64,000 nucleotides of DNA. Origin: Nitrospirota bacterium (lineage in GTDB: Bacteria; Nitrospirota; UBA9217). Location of the stretch: contig CAVVUN010000003.1 in assembly GCA_963751455.1 (NCBI GenBank), positions 352,001-416,000 on the forward strand. The letters are read 5' to 3'. Under the pieces are notes generated by a model, which was not told where the DNA came from, ran no database searches, and worked only from the letters and a program-made list of their open reading frames with translations. Positions 28,135 to 36,449 of the stretch are shown in pieces. Each line of letters begins with the position of its first letter. Positions within the stretch are counted from its first letter, which is position 1. The translations under genes and the position numbers were made by a program.

Positions 28135-30120
28135 ATGCTTAAGAAACATAAAGTGATATTCCAGCCTTCGGGCAGGCGCGGTGAGGTGGAGGAAGGCAAA
28201 ACGATTCTCCAGGCCGCCCAGTCCCTTGGCGTCGACATTGAAGCGCTCTGCGGCAACAAGAAGGTCTGCGGCAAATGCAAGGTCCGTATCGAAGAGGGCT
28301 ACTTCGAGAAGGACAACATCGATTCCGGCATGGCCCACATCTTTCCAGCAGAGCCGTCGCCTGATGAACTGAAGCACATAAAACCGCAGGACGGGCCCGG
28401 CATAAGGCTCGCCTGTCAATGCGAGGTCCGGGGAGACGTCAAGGTGTTCGTTCCCGAACGTTCGCGTGCAGGCAAGCAGGTCGTGCGCAAGGCTGCCAAA
28501 GAGCTTACGATCAAGATCGACCCCGCGGTAAAAAAGTACAATGTCGAGCTCAAAGCGCCGACACTCCATGAGATGACGACCGGCGATTGGGAGCGGGTTC
28601 TCAAGTTCCTCGAAGAAGATTACGGCCTCAAGGACCTGACGTTCGATTATCTGGTGCTGAAGGGCCTCCAGGACGCTCTGCGCAAAGAAAGCTGGAAAGC
28701 GACTGTTACGGTCTGGATGGACAAGGAAATCGTTAAGGTCGAGCCCGCCTTTGTCGAGCCGAGCTACGGACTTGCTGTTGATATCGGCACCACGACCTGC
28801 GTCGGATATCTCACGGACCTGAACACGGGCAAGGTCGTGAACACCGAATCCATGATGAACCCGCAGGTGCCCTACGGCGAGGACGTGATGTCGCGCATCA
28901 CCTACGCCATGAGCAATCCCGGAGTCGGTCTGGAAACGATGCAAAAGGCGATCATTCAGGGCTTGAACGAAATCATCGAACGCGTGGTGAAGGATATCGC
29001 AAAGGACGGCCCGAACCCGGGTTACGTAATCGACGACCTTACGATCGTTTTCAATACCGCGATGCATCACATCTTTCTGGGGCTGAACCCCGAGTATATC
29101 GGACGCTCGCCCTTCATCCCCGCGGTCCAGAGCTCGCTCGACATTAAGGCGCGCGATCTCGGTCTCAGGATCAATCCGGCGTCGTACATTCACGTTCTTC
29201 CGATTGAAGCCGGCTTTGTGGGCGCGGACAATGTGGGCGTCTTGATCGCGGAGGAGCCCTACAACCAGGATGAGAATGTGTTGATCATCGACATCGGGAC
29301 CAACGGCGAACTTCTCCTGGGCAACCGCAACAGGGTCTGTTCTACGTCCTGCGCGACCGGCCCTGCTTTCGAGGGTGCCCAGATCAAGTTCGGCATGCGG
29401 GCTGCTCCTGGAGCGATCGAAACGGTCGAAATCGATCCGGTAACCAAGGAAGCGCGTTATAAAGTGATCGGAAGGACGGACTGGTCCGTGCCGCATCAGC
29501 AGATGAACACGAAAGGCCTCTGCGGCTCAGGCATTATCCAGATCGTTGCGGAGATGTTCAAGGCCGGCATCATCGACAAATCCGGCAGGTTCGTAATGGA
29601 CCTTGGCACTCCGCGCGTCAGGAAGGACGCCGAGGGCAGGCCCGAATACGTGCTGGCCTGGGCATCCGAGACTTCGATCGGACAGGATGTGACCGTGACC
29701 CAGGGCGACGTGCGCGCTCTCCAGCTTGCAAAAGGCGCCCTCTATACCGGAGCGAAGCTCATGATGAAAAAGCTTGGCATCACGACGCTCGATCGGGTTA
29801 TCCTTGCAGGCGCTTTCGGGAGCCATATCGACCGCGAAGCGTCGCTCACGCTCGGTCTGTTTCCGGACTGCAGCCTTGACAAGGTTTACGCGGTCGGCAA
29901 CGCGGCAGGCGACGGCTCTCGCATGGCGCTCCTGAATCGCGGCAAACGCAAAGAGGCAAACGATAGGGCACGATGGGTGGAATTCGTGGAGATCGCGACA
30001 GACCCCGCGTTCGAGAAGGAATTCATGATGGCGATGCATATTCCGCACATGAAGGATAAGTTCCCGAACCTGAAAGAGTTGCTCGAAAAATCCAAGAGCG
30101 CCGTCGAGATAAAAGCGTAG
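28135..30120 (+). CDS. Reductive activator of corrinoid proteins (RACo; ASKHA domain with N-terminal 2Fe-2S)
   Basis: CGNKKVCGKC...RLACQ; AVDIGTTT, NPQVPYGEDVMSRI, DIGTNGE, ATGPAFEG, GLCGSG, LAGAFG. Confidence 0.93.
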   Translation: MLKKHKVIFQPSGRRGEVEEGKTILQAAQSLGVDIEALCGNKKVCGKCKVRIEEGYFEKDNIDSGMAHIFPAEPSPDELKHIKPQDGPGIRLACQCEVRGDVKVFVPERSRAGKQVVRKAAKELTIKIDPAVKKYNVELKAPTLHEMTTGDWERVLKFLEEDYGLKDLTFDYLVLKGLQDALRKESWKATVTVWMDKEIVKVEPAFVEPSYGLAVDIGTTTCVGYLTDLNTGKVVNTESMMNPQVPYGEDVMSRITYAMSNPGVGLETMQKAIIQGLNEIIERVVKDIAKDGPNPGYVIDDLTIVFNTAMHHIFLGLNPEYIGRSPFIPAVQSSLDIKARDLGLRINPASYIHVLPIEAGFVGADNVGVLIAEEPYNQDENVLIIDIGTNGELLLGNRNRVCSTSCATGPAFEGAQIKFGMRAAPGAIETVEIDPVTKEARYKVIGRTDWSVPHQQMNTKGLCGSGIIQIVAEMFKAGIIDKSGRFVMDLGTPRVRKDAEGRPEYVLAWASETSIGQDVTVTQGDVRALQLAKGALYTGAKLMMKKLGITTLDRVILAGAFGSHIDREASLTLGLFPDCSLDKVYAVGNAAGDGSRMALLNRGKRKEANDRARWVEFVEIATDPAFEKEFMMAMHIPHMKDKFPNLKELLEKSKSAVEIKA

Positions 30121-30247
30121 TTCTATTGCGGATTGCGGAATGGAAGCTCATCGGTCATGTTTTTACTCAGTACCGGGATCTAATGTTCACACAAAGCCAC
30201 AAAGCTTTCAAAGAATAATAAATCTTAAGTTTTTCTTCGTGTCTCTG

Positions 30248-30289
30248 CCTGCACCCAGCGATTACGAGTGCTTGCGCGAGTGCAGGGTG
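30248..30289 (+). repeat. 42-bp CCTGC...GCAGGGTG micro-element; empty site at 24494..24520
   Basis: ttcgtgtctctg[cctgcacccagcgattacgagtgcttgcgcgagtgcagggtg]tgccttcgtgtgagt versus uninterrupted ttcgtgtctctgtgccttcgtgtgagt. Confidence 0.85.
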
Positions 30290-30358
30290 TGCCTTCGTGT
30301 GAGTTCGCTTTTTGCTTTGGGTCTGAGGCGTTGCCTCGTTAATCTCTATGTGAATATC

Positions 30359-30676
30359 ATGACAACGGTAAATATAAATACAGGGGCATGCGGGTATACT
30401 GTTACGATAACAGCAGAAAAAGCCGCTGACGGCAAGATAAGAATTACCCTGGAAACCGAGTGTGAAATGGTCAAGAAGATGCTCGAGGACATCCAGGTCC
30501 TCGACCGTTTCACGCCCTTCAGCGGGTTTCTGAATAATCCGGTGTTCCAGTCCGCAGCGAAACATCTGAAACACCCTGCCTGTATTGTGCCTGCTGGCAT
30601 TCTCAAGGCCGTCGAAGTGGAAGCGGGCTTGAATGTCGCACACGACGCGAGCATCATTTTCGAAAAGCAAAAATAA
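30359..30676 (+). CDS. Small conserved Cys-containing protein (DUF6951-like)
   Basis: MTTVNINTGACG...ETECEM...HPACIVPAGILKAVEVEAGL. Confidence 0.7.
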   Translation: MTTVNINTGACGYTVTITAEKAADGKIRITLETECEMVKKMLEDIQVLDRFTPFSGFLNNPVFQSAAKHLKHPACIVPAGILKAVEVEAGLNVAHDASIIFEKQK

Positions 30677-30811
30677 TTCCCGGACCTGATGATGCGGATC
30701 ATGCGCGTTCGGAAGAGCTTTTCAACTCATACCGAAATCGCTGATCATCAGGCTTCCGGTTTTATTAACTAAAGAAAAGAACCCCGGCGTGGTACAATAA
30801 AAGAGACGATC

Positions 30812-31510
30812 ATGGGGAAAATATTGATACTGGCCGCATACAGTGTCTATGCGGCCTTCTGGGTCCGTTTTTTTTTACATGCGCTCGTCTGGTGGCGCGC
30901 ACTGCACCGGCTTGACGCCGTTGTCTCCGCGCCTCAAGCGTCGCGGTTGAAGGCTTATGCCCTTACCGGCCTGGATGTTCTGTTCCTCGGCAGACTGTTA
31001 AAAGTAAATGCCGCGCTTTGGCTCGGTGAATGGGTATTCCATGTGACCTTTTTTCTGGTCCTTGCGCGTCATCTGAGGTATTTCCTGGATCCGGTCCCGT
31101 CTTGGGTCTGGTCTGTCCAGACACCGGGCTTAGTCGCAGGCTATATTCTGCCGCTCTCATTGGCATACATTCTTCTCGTGCGGATTCTCGGAAAGCGGCA
31201 GAAGTATGCTTCTCCCGGGAATTTTTTCCTCCTTACGATAGTGCTTATGATCAGCTCCCTCGGCGTTCTCATGAATTTCTACAAACCAAATCTCGTTGAC
31301 GTAAAACTGTTCATTCTCGGGATAATAGGCTTTTCACCGAAGCCTGCTCCTGAAAGCGTTCTGTTCATCATTCATTTTTTACTGTTTCTCGTACTCGTCC
31401 CGCTGCTCCCGACTCATATTTTTACGGCGCCGCTCGTTATGCTCGAGGCGAAAAAACGCGAGCAGGCGCTGCATCTCATAATGCACGATGCAAACGAGGC
31501 AGGCCGCTAA
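30812..31510 (+). CDS. NarI/HdrE-like membrane b-type cytochrome
   Basis: About 5 TM helices; paired His in WVFHVTFFLVLARH and FIIHFLL...PTHIF. Confidence 0.7.
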   Translation: MGKILILAAYSVYAAFWVRFFLHALVWWRALHRLDAVVSAPQASRLKAYALTGLDVLFLGRLLKVNAALWLGEWVFHVTFFLVLARHLRYFLDPVPSWVWSVQTPGLVAGYILPLSLAYILLVRILGKRQKYASPGNFFLLTIVLMISSLGVLMNFYKPNLVDVKLFILGIIGFSPKPAPESVLFIIHFLLFLVLVPLLPTHIFTAPLVMLEAKKREQALHLIMHDANEAGR

Positions 31511-31535
31511 GGAGTAGACTGACGGCCCTTACCAC

Positions 31536-32735
31536 ATGAAGAATATACGTAAATTCACCGAAGAGCTTTCTTCCCTTCAGATCCTCAAGATCGATGCCTG
31601 CACTCAGTGCGGCGAATGTCTCCGGCACTGCCCGGTCCAGGATGTTACCGGGAATCCGATTGTTTCGCCGCCGGAGAAGATCCGAATGTTCCGCGAATTC
31701 ATCCGGGCAAGTGAGGGACTGAAAGCGACGCTCTTCGGCCCCCGTGAAGTCGACCGGAAGCTGCTCGAGGACTTCACACGCGCTGTCTATGAATGTACTA
31801 CCTGCGGCGCCTGCGGACAGAACTGCCCGGTGGGCATCTTCAGCCAGCGGCTCTGGCCCGTTCTGAGAAAAGAAATGGTGAAGCGGGGCCTCGGTCCGAT
31901 CGGGGTCCAGACCGGCATGCCGAAGGCCATAAAGAATTCCGGCAATCCGTACGATAAACCGGCAGCCGAACGCTACAAGCCCTGGCTTCCGGAAAACGTG
32001 AACCTCGCGGAGAGGGCGGATATCGCTTACTATGCCGGTTGTACAGGCGCGTACGAAGCCCAGCCGATGGTGCGGGGCGATGTGCTGGTCCTGAACGCAA
32101 TCGGACAGGATTTCACAATGTTGCCGCCTGAAGAGGAGGTATGCTGCGGCTTTCCGCTGTTCATTACCGGTCAGTATGACCTGCTGAAGGAGCTTATAAC
32201 AAGACTCGTTGACGGATACGCGGCAAGAGGGGTCAAAACTCTGGTATGCTCGTGTCCGTGCTGTGTTAATATAATGACCAGAGACTGGCCGCTCTATTAT
32301 GGTCAGCAGCTTCCCTTCAGGATCAGGCACATCTCCCAGTTTGTCGTGGAAGCCATAAACAGCGGGAGGCTCCGCTTCAAGCAGTTGAGCGAGTCGGTGA
32401 TCTACCATGACCCCTGTTATCTTTCGCGCGGCGTAGGTGTGATCGAAGAGCCGCGGGCCGTGCTCAGGAGCATCCCGGGTGTAACGCTGCTGGAATTCGA
32501 ACGTCACGGCCTGAATTCACGGTGCTGCGGTTCGGGGGGCGCTGCCCGCAAAGTATATCACGAGAACGCCATTGCGATGGGAAGGTTGACGATCGACGAG
32601 GCCGTTGCCAAAAAAGCGGACCGCCTGATCCTGAGCTGTCCGGCCTGCTACGCCAAGGTAAACGAAGCAATGCACGGATATAAGAACCAGATCCGGATCA
32701 CGGACATCATGGAGCTGGTAAGCGGATTGATTTGA
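31536..32735 (+). CDS. HdrD-like Fe-S oxidoreductase (2x 4Fe-4S plus two CCG domains)
   Basis: CTQCGECLRHCP, CTTCGACGQNCP; GC..CCG..CPCC and HDPC..CCG..CPAC. Confidence 0.85.
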   Translation: MKNIRKFTEELSSLQILKIDACTQCGECLRHCPVQDVTGNPIVSPPEKIRMFREFIRASEGLKATLFGPREVDRKLLEDFTRAVYECTTCGACGQNCPVGIFSQRLWPVLRKEMVKRGLGPIGVQTGMPKAIKNSGNPYDKPAAERYKPWLPENVNLAERADIAYYAGCTGAYEAQPMVRGDVLVLNAIGQDFTMLPPEEEVCCGFPLFITGQYDLLKELITRLVDGYAARGVKTLVCSCPCCVNIMTRDWPLYYGQQLPFRIRHISQFVVEAINSGRLRFKQLSESVIYHDPCYLSRGVGVIEEPRAVLRSIPGVTLLEFERHGLNSRCCGSGGAARKVYHENAIAMGRLTIDEAVAKKADRLILSCPACYAKVNEAMHGYKNQIRITDIMELVSGLI

Positions 32736-32901
32736 AATTTTGATGCACGGGACACGGATTTGCACGGAAGAGTCGGATTTAAAATCGTTAAATGCATTTA
32801 TTCTTTATGATACTGATGTTTTTACGACTCTTTTAGATATCCTAATCCGGATTTTCCGCTTTTATCCGTGTCCAATTCGTCTTCTGTGACTAAGGTGAAT
32901 T

Positions 32902-34158
32902 ATGAGTCATTTTTCCATTAAATGCAGAGCGTGCGGCAAGAAACTTACTAATTCATACTGCGCTTTCTGCGAACACTGCAAAGACGCGCTCCTCGTGACT
33001 GATTATCAAGACAGCCGCTTTGCTGAGCGGCCGTCCGAAGGCGTCTGGCGCTTTAACTGGCTACCGGTCCACGATAAGGGCTTCGCGCAACCCGGTCCTC
33101 TCGTATACCGCTCGGGCGGACTTTCCGGCGTTGTGGGCCTCGAAAACCTCTATATAGCTTTTAACGGCTATTGGCCTGAAAACGGCGCCCTGCTCGAGAC
33201 CTGTACATTCAAGGAATTCGAGGCAGCAGTGGTTCTTCAGAATGCACGGGAGAACGGGGTCGAGGGTCTGATTGTAGCATCTGCCGGAAACACGGCGCGC
33301 GCTTTCGCTCACCTGTCCGCGCTCACAGGCTTTCCGGTCATCATTGTGGTTCCCCGAATGTGCGTTTCCGAGATGTGGTACGGCGAACCGCGATCGATCG
33401 TACACACACTCGCAGTCGGAGACGGTGATTACTCGGATTCGATCGATGTTGCAAAGCGGATTGCCATGACGCTCGGCTTTCCCTTTGAAGGCGGAGTAAA
33501 AAACATCGCGAAACGCGACGGTCTCGGGATCGTTATGATGGAAGCTGTCTCTAAAATCGGCACTTTGCCGGATCATTATGTACAAGCAGTCGGGAGCGGA
33601 ACCGGCGCCATAGGCGCGTGGGAGATGGCTGGGCGCTTCGTACGGGACGGCAGGTTCGGCTCCCGGCTGCCGGTCCTTCACTTGGCGCAGAACCTGCCCT
33701 TTGCGCCAATGGTCAACGCGTGGCGAAAGAGCAGCCGTACTCTGTTTCCCGATGATCTGAACCCAGAATTGATTTCGCACATTACAACGCGGGTCCTCTC
33801 CACTCGGTATCCGGCGTACGCGGTAAAGGGCGGCGTCTACGATGCGCTGGTCGCGACCAATGGAAAAATGTACGGCATAGAAAACGACGATGTGTATGCG
33901 AGCATGGACCTGTTCCAGAAAACCGAAGGAATCGACATCGTACCCGCATCGGGTGTGGCTGTTGCCGCGCTGATCAAGGCGGTCAAAACGGGCGCTATCG
34001 GGAAGAAAGAAACGGTCCTTCTGAACATTACCGGCGGGGGCGAAAAACGCCTGCGTCAGGATAAAAAGACCTACTCCGTTGTACCGCACTATATTTCAAA
34101 GACGGTAAGCGAAAAAGAGATCGAGGAGACGCTGTGCAACGTCCTGAAGAAGAACTGA
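32902..34158 (+). CDS. Cysteate synthase (threonine synthase-like PLP enzyme)
   Basis: LYIAFNGYWPE..TCTFKEFEA, VASAGNTARAF, GDYSDSI, EGGVKNIAKRDGLG, YVQAVGSGTG, LAQNLPFAPM, LLNITGGG. Confidence 0.85.
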   Translation: MSHFSIKCRACGKKLTNSYCAFCEHCKDALLVTDYQDSRFAERPSEGVWRFNWLPVHDKGFAQPGPLVYRSGGLSGVVGLENLYIAFNGYWPENGALLETCTFKEFEAAVVLQNARENGVEGLIVASAGNTARAFAHLSALTGFPVIIVVPRMCVSEMWYGEPRSIVHTLAVGDGDYSDSIDVAKRIAMTLGFPFEGGVKNIAKRDGLGIVMMEAVSKIGTLPDHYVQAVGSGTGAIGAWEMAGRFVRDGRFGSRLPVLHLAQNLPFAPMVNAWRKSSRTLFPDDLNPELISHITTRVLSTRYPAYAVKGGVYDALVATNGKMYGIENDDVYASMDLFQKTEGIDIVPASGVAVAALIKAVKTGAIGKKETVLLNITGGGEKRLRQDKKTYSVVPHYISKTVSEKEIEETLCNVLKKN

Positions 34159-35366
34159 TTAATATTCTCAAAAAGAACCGGGTTGATTTTACCGCCTCCC
34201 TGCCGTGCGAGAAGATCAAGACGCTTCTTGAAATGCTGCCGACGGCCTTTCAGCATGTTTATCTGACGAGAGAGGAAGAAGGCGTCGGTATCTGCGCGGG
34301 CGCCTCGCTTGCCAATAGACGCCCTGTAATGTTTGTTCAGAGTTCAGGCATCGGAAACATGATCAACGCTTTGCTTTCCCTCACCGCATTCTATCAGTTT
34401 CCACTCGCCCTGTTTGTCAGCCGCCGCGGAGTCTATCAGGAAAAAATAGAGGCGCAGTTGCCCATGGGCCAGAGACTGCCCGGCATACTGTCAGGTGCCG
34501 GTATCATGTGGACCGAGCTCAATACAATCGATGACTTGAAGAAAGTGGAACAAGAGCTGCAGGAAGTTTACTCGAACAGCAGGATTCATGCGTTTTTGAT
34601 GAGCCCGAAGGTGTGGGAGGGGTCAAATTGCGGATCTCGGAGACCTGCACCCAGCGGTGACGAGTGCGAACGCGCGAGTCTCGCACCCAACGCCTTCGAG
34701 TGCGATTGCGCGAGAGTAGGGTGTGCAGGGCGTTCGGATTGCGGAATGAAAGGCGCAAAAAAAAGTTCTCAATCCGGACCCTGGACCCTGGACCCCGCAT
34801 CATCATCGCCCTCGCTCACCCGCTATGACATTATCAATCTCGCAGCGCCGTACCTCGAGGGCAAAGTCGTGGTAAGCAACCTGGGCTGGCCTTCCAAAGA
34901 ACTCTTTTCCGTCAGACACCAACCCTCCAACTTCTACATGCTCGGAAGCATGGGCATGGCAACCCCAATCGGCCTCGGCATTGCTCTGACGTCGAAAAAA
35001 AAGGTCATCGTGATCGACGGAGACGGAAGCCTCCTCATGAACCCCGGCACGCTTGCCACTGCCGCATCTCTCGCCCCGAGGAATCTAACCATCCTTTGCA
35101 TTGATAACGGCGCTTATGGATCAACCGGTAATCAGCCGACTCTGACAGGAAGCTGTGTCGACTTGGAGCACGTTGCGCGCGGATTCGGTTTTGTGAATAC
35201 GGTGAAAGTTGCCGCGGCCGATAAACTCGTGAACGTAATGAAGCAGCCTCCGAAAGAATTAACGTTTATCCATGCCCTTGCAGTGCCCGGCAACAAGGAT
35301 GTGCCGAACATCACTACACATCATCTCGAGATCAAGAGACAGGTACAGGGATTTTTGAGAGGGTGA
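34134..35366 (+). CDS. comDE: Sulfopyruvate decarboxylase, fused alpha-beta (ComDE)
   Basis: ComD: SLPC, LTREEEGVGICAG, QSSGIGNMINAL, SRRG..EKIEAQ.PMG; ComE: NLGWPSKEL, NFYMLGSMG, ThDP motif DGDGSLLMN...DNGAYGSTGNQ. Confidence 0.85.
   Translation: MQRPEEELINILKKNRVDFTASLPCEKIKTLLEMLPTAFQHVYLTREEEGVGICAGASLANRRPVMFVQSSGIGNMINALLSLTAFYQFPLALFVSRRGVYQEKIEAQLPMGQRLPGILSGAGIMWTELNTIDDLKKVEQELQEVYSNSRIHAFLMSPKVWEGSNCGSRRPAPSGDECERASLAPNAFECDCARVGCAGRSDCGMKGAKKSSQSGPWTLDPASSSPSLTRYDIINLAAPYLEGKVVVSNLGWPSKELFSVRHQPSNFYMLGSMGMATPIGLGIALTSKKKVIVIDGDGSLLMNPGTLATAASLAPRNLTILCIDNGAYGSTGNQPTLTGSCVDLEHVARGFGFVNTVKVAAADKLVNVMKQPPKELTFIHALAVPGNKDVPNITTHHLEIKRQVQGFLRG
34644..34732 (+). repeat. Two nested micro-elements inserted in frame in the ComD-ComE linker
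   Basis: cctgcacccagcggtgacgagtgcgaacgcgcgag[45-bp related copy 34679..34723]tgcagggcg. Confidence 0.8.
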
Positions 35367-35460
35367 GTTGATCCGTTTCAACGCGATCGAACGGCATGTT
35401 AACGTTAGGCGGCTAAGTCTTGCACAAATCGGTAATTGTTTGCAAGCTAAGGGAAAAAAG

Positions 35461-36033
35461 TCACAAACCGCCGCATTTTTCCTTATATATCAACCTAACG
35501 CGTCCTTCAGGCTTATCGTTCGCAACCTGAAGCATTATGCATCCGCTCGGCGTGCTCCAAATATCAAGCCTCCAGTAAAACGATAATTCACCGGGTTTTG
35601 CTGATTTCGACGGCAGACCAAACTCCAGAACCAGGATATTGAAATAATCCTTATAAGCGCTCAAAAGGTTATCGCGTGCTTTTGACCGGCTTTGTTCGAT
35701 TTTGCCTTCAAATTCAAGCTCGACCTCATACAGCTGTGAACTGATGAATTTTAAAATCGTTTGTTTTATCGCAGGCGTGAAAAGGCCGGCCTTTCTCGCA
35801 ACCCCGAATCCCCTGGATAAATCAACACCCTGAAATTCCTTTATCCTATTGCAGAAGTAATAGTCTCCTTCTTTGCCGACAGAGAAATACGCTCCGCACT
35901 TGTCCTTAGCATTTTCAAGCGTCATCCTCCAATATAGGCCGGCGTATCCGGTAATGTCCCGATTTTCATCGGCGCACGTAGATTGCCCGAAGAAAAAGAC
36001 ACAAAACAAAATAATGGCAATGAGATATTTCAT
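35461..36033 (-). CDS. Hypothetical exported protein
   Basis: Signal-like MKYLIAIILFCVFFFG; no recognised domain. Confidence 0.55.
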   Translation of the reverse strand: MKYLIAIILFCVFFFGQSTCADENRDITGYAGLYWRMTLENAKDKCGAYFSVGKEGDYYFCNRIKEFQGVDLSRGFGVARKAGLFTPAIKQTILKFISSQLYEVELEFEGKIEQSRSKARDNLLSAYKDYFNILVLEFGLPSKSAKPGELSFYWRLDIWSTPSGCIMLQVANDKPEGRVRLIYKEKCGGL

Positions 36034-36449
36034 GACGCTCCTTGTTTGATGTCCCGGTATAGTCATACTCTGAGCTCTGGTCTATACCACTGCTTCTGCT
36101 TTGACATAGGAGATGCAGAAAAATAGTTGAAACCTGCGTTGAACCGAGTTCACATGCCGCGAAGTGATCGGCGTGGAACGGTGAAAATCACAAAAATATT
36201 CTGACAGAAATCCGAATCTGCAAAAGATTAAAACTGCTGCAGGTAAAGCTAGCGTGGAAAAGAAAGATGTTGCGGCGAGGCGAAATGAGTCTAGCAATCG
36301 TCTTTTAATGTGTCAACAAAATAATGCAGAAAGAGAGATCATTCTCCGGGTAATGCAAAGGACATTTTGAAGAAGTCACAACATGCTCTATGATTATTTG
36401 CGCAGACCGAAGAGTCGATAATATTGACGGGTGCTGCGGCGCAGGAACG

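Noticed and set aside
28006-29496. Long antisense ORFs (e.g. 28006..29496, 51995..53374, 18365..19447, 54028..55125)
   Set aside because: They shadow well-supported genes on the opposite strand, as expected from GC-rich codon bias, and show no recognisable motifs.
30140-30358. N-terminal extensions in the ORF track (e.g. 30140, 23804, 46240, 57478, 58700, 61959)
   Set aside because: They run through repeats or regulatory DNA; downstream ATGs match family N-termini better, several with a clear RBS.
22538-32735. Selenocysteine or pyrrolysine recoding in the methyltransferase/Hdr genes
   Set aside because: All ORFs appear full length, with no in-frame TGA/TAG splitting a domain.
32902-34158. 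thrC (threonine synthase) call
   Set aside because: NGYWPE, FKEFEA and RDGLG motifs plus overlap with comDE fit cysteate synthase better; not experimentally excluded.
22538-35366. Methanogenesis or archaeal origin of the contig
   Set aside because: No mcr or mtrA-G genes; sigma54 control and flanking dnaA, yidC, rnpA and rlpA are bacterial, and the same repeat families occur inside and outside the cluster.
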